A stretch of DNA of 64,000 bases from an uncultured virus (IMG/VR IMGVR_UViG_3300032257_000007) (IMGVR_UViG_3300032257_000007); one strand, 5' to 3'; shown: positions 40,532-50,248, counted from the stretch's first letter. Notes: generated by a model from the sequence alone, not told the origin. Numbers and translations: made by a program.

Positions 40532-41161
40532 TTAGCAAGACCCAAAGGTTCTGCTACACTCTCTTATATAGCCAAGCTCAATAGTGAGAGGCATGTTTAG
40601 ATCTAGGACACCAGCATCAAATATTTCTACTTCTGTTGCGGTCAATGCACCAGCGTTGTACAGAAGCAATCCTTCGTTATCATCATCGAAATCAATGATC
40701 ATAGAAGTTTGGTCACATAGTTTTTCTGCATCAAACACCCAGCCAACAACCTCTTTGATACATCCCATATCATAGCTTTGGTCTACAGCAGTAATATGCT
40801 TGATACCACTTTTTCTCGTTTTGATTTTAAAGTGAGATACCTCATGGACTTGACCAGTAACAGTACTCCCTATTTGAACATACCCATAAATATACTGAAG
40901 TCCATCATTGGCAGTAACTGGAAGCAGCTCTGTTTCGTAGGGAGTGAGATTTAATAGTAATAGTCCATCTTCTGGGATGCCTTTGACTGGTATGTTTTTA
41001 AATATGTAAGCATCTTGGTCCGCAACATCTCTTGAGTCTTTGATGGCTACATAATTATCGTCATATACAGACAAATTAACTGGTTCTTCTTCACCGTCAT
41101 TAGTGTAAGTAACTTCTACTTCTTTGTAGAATGAGTCACCAAGGTTGATTAATTCAGCCAT
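40532..41161 (-). CDS. BppU-like baseplate/fibre adaptor protein; the only inverted gene in the structural block
   Basis: INLGDSF...EPVNLSVY...GLLLLNLTPYETELLP...YGYVQI pattern. Confidence 0.55.
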   Translation of the reverse strand: MAELINLGDSFYKEVEVTYTNDGEEEPVNLSVYDDNYVAIKDSRDVADQDAYIFKNIPVKGIPEDGLLLLNLTPYETELLPVTANDGLQYIYGYVQIGSTVTGQVHEVSHFKIKTRKSGIKHITAVDQSYDMGCIKEVVGWVFDAEKLCDQTSMIIDFDDDNEGLLLYNAGALTATEVEIFDAGVLDLNMPLTIELGYIRECSRTFGSC

Positions 41162-41184
41162 CTTTGCGCCTTTATTATTTTTTC

Positions 41185-41200
41185 TGCTATAATTATAGCA
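41185..41200. promoter_or_regulatory. Perfect palindrome TGCTATAATTATAGCA, i.e. overlapping divergent extended -10 promoters
   Basis: Reads TGCTATAATT on both strands, between divergent starts at 41161 (-) and 41228 (+). Confidence 0.75.
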
Positions 41201-41227
41201 AAAATAAGACTCTAAAAGGTTTTTACC

Positions 41228-41779
41228 ATGGCTAAAGCATTTTTACTAAGATGGGGCTATCAAAACGACTTTGATGCCATCAAACTACAGACACGAGAGA
41301 TGGGTTTTGCGGTTGATACTACAAAACTTTATATCGGAACAGACGATGCAAACCTGCACATCCCTAACGAAGGTTTTGTTGCAAGTATGATCACCGCTGG
41401 TGTTGCAAAATATAAACCAGTTGCTGGAACTACACTTGAGTTACAGTCTTCGCAGCTTCCAGGAGCTACAGCATACAATACTGATGAAAAAAGACTGCAG
41501 CATAAAACTGCATCTGGGACTATCATTAATGTAGCCAACCTATCAGACCTTCCTCGATCCGAAGCATACTCTGTATCAGTAGCAATCGAAAACATTGATG
41601 CAGCAAATGCAAACAGTGTTACATTGACTGGATACACTAGCCCTATCAAAATGGTATTTCTTTCTGGAAACCTTTGTACAAACAATGCTGTAGACCCACA
41701 CCAATATACTGTAGATGATGTAGCAGGAACTCTTACGATTAAAGAGTGTGTTCCTGGTGATATCATTGCATACTTTTAA
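41228..41779 (+). CDS. Tail fibre protein with an Mtd/hyaluronidase-type N-terminal anchor domain
   Basis: LLRWG...LQTREMGFAVDTTKLYIGT. Confidence 0.6.
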   Translation: MAKAFLLRWGYQNDFDAIKLQTREMGFAVDTTKLYIGTDDANLHIPNEGFVASMITAGVAKYKPVAGTTLELQSSQLPGATAYNTDEKRLQHKTASGTIINVANLSDLPRSEAYSVSVAIENIDAANANSVTLTGYTSPIKMVFLSGNLCTNNAVDPHQYTVDDVAGTLTIKECVPGDIIAYF

Positions 41780-41791
41780 TAGGAGACCGTA

Positions 41792-42229
41792 ATGGCAAAA
41801 GCAATAAACACTGAATTCGACCAAACTGTAGAAGAAGATGTTCTTTTAGAGCAACTTGATGGTCAGGCACCTGCCGTACAGACAACCCTTAAGAATGCAG
41901 AAAATGTATACAAGAGTTTCTTGTATCTGAAGAAGATGTATAGCAAGTACCCAGCTAAAGAGACTGTTATGTCTATGGCTACAGTTAACTTTGCTGTACA
42001 GACTGCTGTTGTAATTCCTGAAGATGGAAATCAAATCACTGTTAATAACTTCAGTGGTGCGAATGCAAGCATCTCTATTAACGGTGGAGAGTACATTCTT
42101 CAGCCTGGAGAGAAAGAAGTGTTCCCACTTATCTCACCAGACCCTCTTGTAGTTCCAGCTGTAGCAGGTGACACTCTAGCATTAACTGGTAATGTTTCTT
42201 ATATAATCAAGAACGTACAGGAATACTAG
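41792..42229 (+). CDS. Small adaptor-like protein, paralog 1 (KSFLYLK family)
   Basis: TEFDQTVEEDVLLEQ...KNAENVYKSFLYLKKM. Confidence 0.6.
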   Translation: MAKAINTEFDQTVEEDVLLEQLDGQAPAVQTTLKNAENVYKSFLYLKKMYSKYPAKETVMSMATVNFAVQTAVVIPEDGNQITVNNFSGANASISINGGEYILQPGEKEVFPLISPDPLVVPAVAGDTLALTGNVSYIIKNVQEY

Positions 42230-42230
42230 T

Positions 42231-42641
42231 ATGTTGGTAGAGACTGACTTTGATGGCCTTTTAGAAAATGATGTAATTTTTGAGGAAACAGACCAGACTC
42301 TAGACTACAAAGAGATCTTAAAGAACTCAGAGAATATAATCAAGTCATTCTTGTACTTGAAGAGAGTTACAGATGGTACAAATCCATATGTTAACTCTGT
42401 ATTAAAGATGGATACTGTTGACTTCGCTGAGAAAACTGCATACACTCCACATGTAAACACAGGCCTTATCCTTGTTAAAAATGTAAGTGCCCTGGTCAAT
42501 GGATCAATCTTCTTTAATGGTGGGGAATTTGTTTTATTCCCGTTTGAATCCCTTGAATTCCCAATACTCTCAACGTCGGTATTAGAGCTAAGTGGAAACT
42601 TCTCAATCTTAGAATCAGAATATAAATTAGGTAAATCGTAA
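42231..42641 (+). CDS. Small adaptor-like protein, paralog 2
   Basis: ETDFDGLLENDVIFEETDQ...KNSENIIKSFLYLKR. Confidence 0.6.
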   Translation: MLVETDFDGLLENDVIFEETDQTLDYKEILKNSENIIKSFLYLKRVTDGTNPYVNSVLKMDTVDFAEKTAYTPHVNTGLILVKNVSALVNGSIFFNGGEFVLFPFESLEFPILSTSVLELSGNFSILESEYKLGKS

Positions 42642-42651
42642 GGAATAAAAC

Positions 42652-44697
42652 ATGGCTACATACTATGTCGACAGTATTAATGGACTAAATACAAATGATG
42701 GTCTCACACCAGCTACGGCTTTTGCTGATTTCTATGCAGATCTTGGAGCAACTTCAACAGCTGTTGACACATATTGGGTAAGAAACACTTCTCAGTTTGT
42801 ACTAACAGCAAGCACTGCTCTACAATTTAAAAACATTATATCTTGGCCTACTGCTGGAGGAAAGTATCATGATAGTCGATTAGTGGATACATCTACTGCA
42901 GCATGGGATCTAGATGATAATAGTGGTTTTATCGATATTGCTGCTTCAAGCTTCACGTTTAAAGTGGATGAGAATATCATATCTTTCTCTAATTTCAATT
43001 TCAGTTCTACTAACGCTCTGGATGCATCCCCATCTATATACACAACAGGTGGTACAATAAGTTTTTTCAACTGCCAGTTTGCATCTTTGAGGACTGGGAC
43101 TTACAGGGGAAGCTTCTTTCGCTACGAACAACCCACAGTGGGCACTCTGTCATTTGTTTTCGAGGACTGTGATTTTGATTTACTTACTCCGCTTGTTGGA
43201 AAGTATGAAACACACCTTGTAAGTGTCACTAGATCCATATCTATGACAAGATGTACAGGATCTATGCGCAATATGTTTGGATCATATACAACCACAGTTA
43301 ATCAATATAATGGAAGTACAAATCTTTCTGTAATAGATACCAATATTGTATTCAGTGACTCGGTAGTCCAGATGTCTTATGCTGGAACATACAATCAAAC
43401 TGGCCACAAGTTCAATTTCTTTTTAAGAAATTTTACAGCCACAGCAACTTCTATCCTTTCGTATATGACAACCAGTTCAACATACGGAATGCCAAGAATA
43501 GATGTTGATGTAGATAGATGTGACTTCTCTTGCACAGGCATTCTTTTTGATTACTATTGTCCAAACTATACAAGTTCGGCAAACTACTATGGATATGTGG
43601 AAAAGTTCTCAATATTAAACTCAAATATCAGCTGTACTAATATGCTTAGAACTGTTCGTGGTAATAACTGGACTAGAATAGATACTCCTATTATTGTTGA
43701 GAACAACACTTTAGATATCTCTATGGTATACAACACTGCTAGCGTCCAAGTGTTTGAACGACTAATGTTTCGTGGTAATAAGGTTCTTGCTTGTTCTGCT
43801 GGTCTTATTTCTATGACAGGCGTAACTGCTTCAGAAAGGTCTTTTATTGATATTGATGATGCGACTATAGGCGGGAACCTTATTGACGGTTTGCATAAAG
43901 CAGACGTATCGTTAAGAGGATGCATAGTCAATGGAAATCTAGCTACAAGCTCTGTATACGGAGAGTATATGGATATTAGAGACTCAGATATTGATGGGAC
44001 AGAAGGATTTGGAGAGTACGAGATAGTAAGGTCAAGAGTTGTTCAGAATGGTATAACATCTGCTATTCCATATGCATCAAAAGCTGTCCTTAGAAACTCA
44101 GAGATAACTTCTCTTGGAGAGCCTCTTGGTTCTCTTGGTGCGAAAGTGCTTGTTATTGACTCTATCTTGTCTAATGATATGTCTATCCCTGTTAAAGGTG
44201 ATGTTTCAGTATTTAACACTGAGCTAAATGGAACGGCTGTTGCATATGAAGCACGTCACAGGAATACTCTCAAGAAGTTATCACCAGTATTTAGACTGGG
44301 TGGTTCTCCAGGAAGTGTATCCATCTCAACTGGCTTAGTAGATGAATTAAGTGTAACATCTGATGAAGTAAGGGGAGTAGTTAATGCTGGGTCTGCTTCT
44401 GTAAAAGCATTTTTTGCTTCAAATAGAGAGCTGGACTTAACGGCTGACTCTGTTAGAGCTAAATTGTATTTCACAACAAACACTGGATCAGTTGGGAATG
44501 TTGATATGACTCTCGGTGTGGATTCAACATCACAATGGGATGGGATGCTACTTACCCATTTCATGTACTCTCTTGATGGTATCCTAATACCTGCTACTAC
44601 TGACTATACACAAAAAATGTATGTGAGAATAATGTTCAACTCTCCATCTGGGCTTGTAAAAGATCTATACCTGGACTTAAACTTAGTTGGCGTGTAA
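42652..44697 (+). CDS. Right-handed beta-helix (pectin-lyase-like) tailspike/receptor-binding protein, copy 1
   Basis: YYVDSINGLNTNDGLTPATAF N-terminus; Asn/Cys-ladder repeats (FFNCQF, FEDCDF, ILNSNI, VENNTL). Confidence 0.65.
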   Translation: MATYYVDSINGLNTNDGLTPATAFADFYADLGATSTAVDTYWVRNTSQFVLTASTALQFKNIISWPTAGGKYHDSRLVDTSTAAWDLDDNSGFIDIAASSFTFKVDENIISFSNFNFSSTNALDASPSIYTTGGTISFFNCQFASLRTGTYRGSFFRYEQPTVGTLSFVFEDCDFDLLTPLVGKYETHLVSVTRSISMTRCTGSMRNMFGSYTTTVNQYNGSTNLSVIDTNIVFSDSVVQMSYAGTYNQTGHKFNFFLRNFTATATSILSYMTTSSTYGMPRIDVDVDRCDFSCTGILFDYYCPNYTSSANYYGYVEKFSILNSNISCTNMLRTVRGNNWTRIDTPIIVENNTLDISMVYNTASVQVFERLMFRGNKVLACSAGLISMTGVTASERSFIDIDDATIGGNLIDGLHKADVSLRGCIVNGNLATSSVYGEYMDIRDSDIDGTEGFGEYEIVRSRVVQNGITSAIPYASKAVLRNSEITSLGEPLGSLGAKVLVIDSILSNDMSIPVKGDVSVFNTELNGTAVAYEARHRNTLKKLSPVFRLGGSPGSVSISTGLVDELSVTSDEVRGVVNAGSASVKAFFASNRELDLTADSVRAKLYFTTNTGSVGNVDMTLGVDSTSQWDGMLLTHFMYSLDGILIPATTDYTQKMYVRIMFNSPSGLVKDLYLDLNLVGV

Positions 44698-44707
44698 GGT
44701 AAAATAG

Positions 44708-45184
44708 ATGGCTTTTATGGAAGACTACTTTTTATCTATCTCAAGCGAGTACATACGTCCTCACAGGTTGTATTCTTTAGATATTGTCTCTGAAGCTCCG
44801 AGCCAAGTCCCAGGAAGGGACGAAGTATGGTATCTTGATATGAGCATCCTAGCTGACACAACTTCTCAATTTATCCCACAGTATGATGACCTTAGTGTCA
44901 ATGCTTTAGATGAAGGCCTCATCAGTATGCCTGACTTCCCTAGCAAGTTCTATTCTGTCATGAAAGATCTGGATGTTGGAATACTCAAATATTCTGGACC
45001 GACTACTGGTGTCGGTGGTATAATGAATGAAGTGTATGATGCTGAGCGTCCTAGTGCTTTCTCTATGTTTGAGCAGTTCTCTCAAAAAGATATCTCATTC
45101 AATCGTGTTTCAAAAAGAATAAACAAAGTTATCTATCCTTCAATCACTAGGACTTATAGTGGTCACAAAAGAAGCTTTCGATAA
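44708..45184 (+). CDS. Small cassette protein, copy 1 (basic RINxxIYP C-terminus)
   Basis: C-terminus similar to 47701..48192. Confidence 0.55.
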   Translation: MAFMEDYFLSISSEYIRPHRLYSLDIVSEAPSQVPGRDEVWYLDMSILADTTSQFIPQYDDLSVNALDEGLISMPDFPSKFYSVMKDLDVGILKYSGPTTGVGGIMNEVYDAERPSAFSMFEQFSQKDISFNRVSKRINKVIYPSITRTYSGHKRSFR

Positions 45185-45186
45185 TC

Positions 45187-45196
45187 TGCTATAATT
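45187..45196 (+). promoter_or_regulatory. Extended -10 promoter TGCTATAATT
   Basis: Intergenic, heads the second cassette. Confidence 0.65.
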
Positions 45197-45224
45197 ATGT
45201 AATTAAAATATATATGGAGATGAC

Positions 45225-45623
45225 ATGTTAATTGAAACAGAATTTGACGGTCTACTAGAAGAAGACGTTATCTTTGAAGAGACCGATCAGTCTCCTGGAT
45301 TTGTTGAGATAATGAAGAACTCAGAGAATCTTCTAAAATCTTTCTTGTACCTCAAGAAGATGTTCAACACAACTCCTTTGTTAAATAGAATACTAAAAGT
45401 TCAAACTGTTGAGGAGACGCAGAAATCTCTAATCACTCAACATGCTGACACTAATGTGATGATGGTAAAAAATGTGTCTGACCAAAATTCAGAGCTTTTC
45501 ATCAACGATGGTCTTTTGGTGCTGTTGCCTTTTGAATCTTTCGAGTTCCCTATAGATGGAACATACAAGATTGAAGTGTCTGGCAAGTTAAGCATAGTAG
45601 AATCTCAATATAAAATAGGATAA
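45225..45623 (+). CDS. Small adaptor-like protein, paralog 3
   Basis: ETEFDGLLEEDVIFEETDQ...KNSENLLKSFLYLKKM. Confidence 0.6.
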   Translation: MLIETEFDGLLEEDVIFEETDQSPGFVEIMKNSENLLKSFLYLKKMFNTTPLLNRILKVQTVEETQKSLITQHADTNVMMVKNVSDQNSELFINDGLLVLLPFESFEFPIDGTYKIEVSGKLSIVESQYKIG

Positions 45624-45627
45624 GAAA

Positions 45628-47688
45628 ATGGCAAGAATCTTTTACGTAGACTCAATTAATGGTTTAAATACAAACGATGGGCTTACTCCGTCAACAGCTT
45701 TTGCAGACCCTTTTGTTGATGTTCTGGCAACAATATCTGACCCAGTAGAGTTCTGGATAAGACAAGGTAGTGCTGTTGAAATTGGTGCTGTTGATAAGGT
45801 GCTTAAATACTCTAGTCTTGTAGGTTGGCCAAGAGCCGAGGACCCTGCTTATGATGTTAGACCATCTACTGACTGGGATAATGATACTTATGTTAAAGCA
45901 AAGGTTGTTTACTCTACAGACAATACTGACTTAGACATGCGGTCATCATATAATACTGCTACTGTTGCGAATATTGAATTTGAGTACACAACTTCGACTG
46001 TAGGTAGTAATGTCAGGCTATCCTATGGAGACATGACTTTTGATAATTGTAGCACTGTTAATCATACAGCTTCTTTTATTTCCACTTCAGGATCTGGGGA
46101 TGCTCCAGTTACTGCTGATCTGCAGCTTACGATAAACGGGCTTGTTCTTGGTGCTGGATCTGCGATCACAGTGGTTGTAATTGATGCGGTAAGCAATAAT
46201 TATCTTCTCGATTGTAAAATGAACGATTGTGTAATGAATGGGATTAGTGTCATTTCTAATACTTATGGAAATGGTAATGTTAACTACCCTAAAAAGTTCC
46301 TTGTTACCAGGTGTACAGTTTCTGCCAGCAGTGCTTTTACTTATGGAAGATATCAAGGTGGGTCAAGCTACAGGATTGATGAATTCAGGTTTGTAGACAG
46401 CAACATAATCACAGCTGGAAATGCAATAACCTATTATTCTGGAAGCAATTATCATCAAACTGGCATTCAACTAAAATTTTCTTCCCACAATACAGAATTT
46501 GATTGTGGAGGCAGAATATTGCATGGGTATACCTATTCCTCTACAAATTATGGATTTCTTTATCTTTTAGAATTTACATTTATAGGGAATACCGTACACA
46601 GGGCTACGGATTTAGTTTACATGCAGGGAGGTAATGCTGATACTGATACCAGATGGTACTTTACTGGTATATCCAAGGTGTTCAAGAATACTCTTAATCT
46701 ATCTGGGTACTTATTTAGAGGAACTACAACAAATGCATATCAGTATCATAGCGGTAGTGTTTTTGTTGCTGACAATGAGTATATCAGTATGATTTCTATC
46801 ACAGGTGGTAGTTCTGGTGGATCATCGCCTAGTACAATTATGCTCTCTGAGAAAAACTTAACAACATCTGGTTCCCTTTTTGAATACGGTGGTGGCAACG
46901 CCCAAATAAAACTTGTTAATTCAACAATAAATGGACATCTTGGCGATCATGGAACATCTTATGTTTCTCTTGAAATGTGCTATGTCAACTCTCTAGCTGA
47001 TGGCGGAATGACTCTTGATGCAAAGGGAAGTACAATAGTCGGAGCACCTGCTATAAACAATCTTAAGAATGTTGTTCTTACAAATTGTATTGTTCGATCT
47101 GCCACCTCTCCTCTTATGGCTGGGGCAGGATCACTTACGATGATAGACTGTGAAGTAGATAATGATTTTTCAGCAAACATAAATGGTACAGCTAGGTGTT
47201 ACAATTCTATTGTTAATGGAGTTAGTACTGCTTTTATCTCAACAGAGCCTGGTTTCAATAAGACAATTTCTGCTGTCTACAGACAGGGTGGTTCCAATGG
47301 TACAGTTAGAATAGAAGCACCTCTTGCGGAAAGCTCTTTTATCTCATTTGACAATGTGACAGGATCTTTTTCTATAGGAACTGGAACTGTTTCAATGTTT
47401 ATTTCTGGCCAAACAGATCTCTTGGCAGAAGATGTTGTTCCTACGGTTCAGCTTATTGGCGAGAGTGGTGGCTTAAAAGTAAATGTAGATTGCACAATAA
47501 CTGTTGATAGTTCGTCACAATGGGATGGAATAACAGTTGATACTAATAGATTTGTTATAACAGCAGATGTATCGTCTTCCAATCTTGATGATGGCTCTGA
47601 ATTTTATTTCTTTTTCTCATCAATAATTCCTGCTCAGTCCGTTAAAGATTTATACATAGATCTTGATGCGGTTCAGCTTCTAGCTTAA
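45628..47688 (+). CDS. Right-handed beta-helix tailspike/receptor-binding protein, copy 2
   Basis: FYVDSINGLNTNDGLTPSTAF; full-length paralog of 42652..44697. Confidence 0.65.
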   Translation: MARIFYVDSINGLNTNDGLTPSTAFADPFVDVLATISDPVEFWIRQGSAVEIGAVDKVLKYSSLVGWPRAEDPAYDVRPSTDWDNDTYVKAKVVYSTDNTDLDMRSSYNTATVANIEFEYTTSTVGSNVRLSYGDMTFDNCSTVNHTASFISTSGSGDAPVTADLQLTINGLVLGAGSAITVVVIDAVSNNYLLDCKMNDCVMNGISVISNTYGNGNVNYPKKFLVTRCTVSASSAFTYGRYQGGSSYRIDEFRFVDSNIITAGNAITYYSGSNYHQTGIQLKFSSHNTEFDCGGRILHGYTYSSTNYGFLYLLEFTFIGNTVHRATDLVYMQGGNADTDTRWYFTGISKVFKNTLNLSGYLFRGTTTNAYQYHSGSVFVADNEYISMISITGGSSGGSSPSTIMLSEKNLTTSGSLFEYGGGNAQIKLVNSTINGHLGDHGTSYVSLEMCYVNSLADGGMTLDAKGSTIVGAPAINNLKNVVLTNCIVRSATSPLMAGAGSLTMIDCEVDNDFSANINGTARCYNSIVNGVSTAFISTEPGFNKTISAVYRQGGSNGTVRIEAPLAESSFISFDNVTGSFSIGTGTVSMFISGQTDLLAEDVVPTVQLIGESGGLKVNVDCTITVDSSSQWDGITVDTNRFVITADVSSSNLDDGSEFYFFFSSIIPAQSVKDLYIDLDAVQLLA

Positions 47689-47700
47689 AAGGTAAATAGT

Positions 47701-48192
47701 ATGTCAACTATAGATAGCTGGATATTTTCAAGTGCTGTTGATGGTTCTGCAACGGCAATGACTAGAACTCCCCTCGATGATGCCATAAAAGATAATATCG
47801 GGATTGTTAACTTAGATGACACTGTAAGAACCATAGATACTTCAGCTTCTGACTACTATCTGAACCATATTGTTGAAGATAAATTTTATGGAAAAGTAAT
47901 TCCATTTGATTTTAATGAATTTTTTGTATCTGCAAATACAAATCCTTGGAACAATATGCAACTTAAGAAAATTGGGACAAAATCCTATTTTCTTACAGAG
48001 TTAAATACTGCTGTGCCTTTTAATGGTGTTCTTTTGCCATTTGAATCAACTCTTAAAGACTCTCAGAGAGAAGCTTTCGCTATGTCTAAAGGTGGATTTG
48101 GAGAGATTAAGCGTATCTTATCTAGAATTAATAGAACTATCTATCCTAGATCTGGTGTATCGACTGTCGGTAGAGTACGTTCTCTGGTATAA
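47701..48192 (+). CDS. Small cassette protein, copy 2
   Basis: AFAM...SRINRTIYP...RSL versus AFSM...KRINKVIYP...RSF. Confidence 0.55.
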   Translation: MSTIDSWIFSSAVDGSATAMTRTPLDDAIKDNIGIVNLDDTVRTIDTSASDYYLNHIVEDKFYGKVIPFDFNEFFVSANTNPWNNMQLKKIGTKSYFLTELNTAVPFNGVLLPFESTLKDSQREAFAMSKGGFGEIKRILSRINRTIYPRSGVSTVGRVRSLV

Positions 48193-48194
48193 TT
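48185..48194 (+). promoter_or_regulatory. Extended -10 promoter TGGTATAATT overlapping the upstream stop codon
   Basis: TAA 48190-48192 lies inside TATAAT; AAAAGGA RBS and ATG 48217 follow. Confidence 0.6.
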
Positions 48195-48216
48195 ATAAAA
48201 CATAAAAAGGAAATAC

Positions 48217-48921
48217 ATGCTTTTCAAAGAAACAGAGTTCTCAGCAAATGGCATTCAAGTAGGTTCGACTAATCATTGCTTTGATAAGTGCGACTTCCTA
48301 AAGAAAGAAGCCTCTGCTGAATCTATTAAATATTTTAATGAGCTGAAGGCTAAGCCTGATCACTTATACTTTTTAGTTGTTGCTATGACATCTGGTGAAT
48401 GGTGGTCTTCAAATAGAAATGGAGATTACTTCAAAGAGGAAGACTTGAAAAAGTATTACAATATCTTTGAAGATTCTGGTGTATTCTGGAACCATGACAA
48501 CAAAGATCCTGAGAAGAGCATCGGCAATGTTCTTAAGGCGTTCTATAATGATGACATGCACCGTATTGAAATCGTAATTGAGGTTCCTACTGAAAAGGGA
48601 AGATACCTTGCTGATTACATTAGAGATGGAAAACCTATCTCTGTATCTATGGGTCTTAACACTCCAAGTGAGTCTTGTAGTATCTGTGGCCATGTAACAA
48701 AAGGCTCTTATGAAAACAGATGTGAACACCTAAAGTTCATGATGAATACAACTCTACATGATGGACGTAAAGTATACGCTATCAGTGGAACACCTCTTAA
48801 GCTATTTGATATCTCTTTTGTGTTTAGACCTGCTGACAAGACAGCTTATGCTATGCTTACAAAGACAGCTTCACATAAAGAGCTTGGACTATCTTCTATA
48901 AAGGATGAAATCAATGACTAG
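48217..48921 (+). CDS. Prohead (capsid maturation) protease, HK97/assemblin-type fold, with a Zn-finger-like insert
   Basis: SNRNGDYF, WNHD (His), SIGNV, SVSMG (Ser), CSICGH...CEHL, FDISFVFRPAD. Confidence 0.75.
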   Translation: MLFKETEFSANGIQVGSTNHCFDKCDFLKKEASAESIKYFNELKAKPDHLYFLVVAMTSGEWWSSNRNGDYFKEEDLKKYYNIFEDSGVFWNHDNKDPEKSIGNVLKAFYNDDMHRIEIVIEVPTEKGRYLADYIRDGKPISVSMGLNTPSESCSICGHVTKGSYENRCEHLKFMMNTTLHDGRKVYAISGTPLKLFDISFVFRPADKTAYAMLTKTASHKELGLSSIKDEIND

Positions 48922-49645
48922 GTATGAAACTACCGAAGAGTTTAAGAGACTCGAGAAAATTGCTGAATTAGAGAAGCGTATTCTTGGTGAAATCAAGGAC
49001 GCTAAAGACACAGAGGGTGGAGCTTTAATCCCTGAGTCTATTCGTGAAGCAATGAGAGTGAGAGGAAACTCTCCTGTACCTAAAGCTGTGCTTGACAATA
49101 TGATGGATGATGGTCTTGACTCATCTATATCTCATATGGCTAAACATAGAGTTATGATGACTCCTGGTGAAGCTCTATACCAAGCTATCGGCAAGAAAGA
49201 CAACAATACATACAAAGGTGCTCTGAGCATGACTCTAGGCGATATCCTAAGTATGATTACTAATAGAGCAGCAGTTGGTCAGACATGTGCAAATAAGCCT
49301 ATGTCACTTGATGACCATGATGTTCCTAAGCATGTGAAGGTTATTATCCGAATGCGTGGTGTGTCTCCTGATATGCTTGAGAAGAGTGCTAGGAGTATTT
49401 TAGATACTCGTAATGCTATGGACTCATATCAGTTTACATACTCAAATGGTCAAAAGGAGAAGTTTGGATCTAAGTTCGTTTCAGAGCATAAAGACAATCT
49501 TCAACGAATGATCAATGATGGTGTTATCATTAAAGTGATAAAACTGTTGTCAAGTGGTATGAAAAATACCGTGTATGAAAAGAACGCTTCGTCCGACACT
49601 GAGGACCTACTGTACGCAGAATTACTACAAGGCCTTATGGCTTAG
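48905..49645 (+). CDS. Putative head-associated protein with K-x-A motifs
   Basis: EKIAE, EKSAR, EKNAS; overlaps the protease gene end. Confidence 0.5.
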   Translation: MKSMTRYETTEEFKRLEKIAELEKRILGEIKDAKDTEGGALIPESIREAMRVRGNSPVPKAVLDNMMDDGLDSSISHMAKHRVMMTPGEALYQAIGKKDNNTYKGALSMTLGDILSMITNRAAVGQTCANKPMSLDDHDVPKHVKVIIRMRGVSPDMLEKSARSILDTRNAMDSYQFTYSNGQKEKFGSKFVSEHKDNLQRMINDGVIIKVIKLLSSGMKNTVYEKNASSDTEDLLYAELLQGLMA

Positions 49646-49654
49646 TACATTTGT

Positions 49655-49684
49655 TTGCGATACACTTTTAATTTTGGTATAATT
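49655..49684 (+). promoter_or_regulatory. Sigma70-type promoter TTGCGA-N17-TATAAT with TG extension
   Basis: -35 at 49655-49660, -10 at 49678-49683. Confidence 0.65.
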
Positions 49685-49718
49685 ACCGAAAGCATAAATT
49701 CTATTGAAGGAATTCACG

Positions 49719-50240
49719 ATGGGTGAAAAAACCGAGCTACTACAAGATATCCTTGGAAGTTTAAGTACTGAAGAGAACGAGATGATCGAAAAAACCGCTG
49801 AGGCTAAAAATGGTCTTAAGAGTACTGAGAACAAAGAGGCTGCTAAACGCATCCCTACAGAAACTCCTAAGAAAAAAGAAGGTAAACTTGGTCTTTCAGT
49901 TCTTGGAAAAAACAAGCATGAAGAGGACGTACTCAACTTTGACCACGTTTCTGCAAACGGATCAGATGGTAAAGGCACTGAAGATATCAAAGTCAAAAAG
50001 CCTAAAGTTGAGCCAGGTCTAGTATTTGAGAAAAAAGCAAGTGCAGATGTACTTGGTGCTCTTTATGAAGCTGCAGGTGTTGAACTTGAGAAAGTTGCTT
50101 CTGAGGAAACTCAGCATGACGCTCTTCTTAAAGTTGCTGCTGAAACATTACAAGAACTTAATGACCTTGATAAAGTAGCAGAAGAGATTGCTGACAAAGC
50201 CGCTGATAGATTTTTAGCAAGACTTAGCGAAGCTGAATAA
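49719..50240 (+). CDS. Scaffold-like charged protein rich in K-x-A motifs
   Basis: ORF 49704..50240, likely ATG 49719 after GAAGGA; EKTAE, EKKAS, EKVAS, LKVAA, DKVAE. Confidence 0.55.
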   Translation: MGEKTELLQDILGSLSTEENEMIEKTAEAKNGLKSTENKEAAKRIPTETPKKKEGKLGLSVLGKNKHEEDVLNFDHVSANGSDGKGTEDIKVKKPKVEPGLVFEKKASADVLGALYEAAGVELEKVASEETQHDALLKVAAETLQELNDLDKVAEEIADKAADRFLARLSEAE

Positions 50241-50248
50241 GGGTTCAC

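Noticed and set aside
40532..41161. Lone inverted gene as an invertible (Gin/Cin-type) host-range switch
   Set aside because: No flanking inverted repeats or recombinase seen; the palindromic promoter accounts for the orientation
41228..41779. Mtd-like N-terminal domain suggesting a diversity-generating retroelement
   Set aside because: No reverse transcriptase and no near-identical TR/VR pair with adenine-specific mismatches seen; the paralogs differ synonymously throughout
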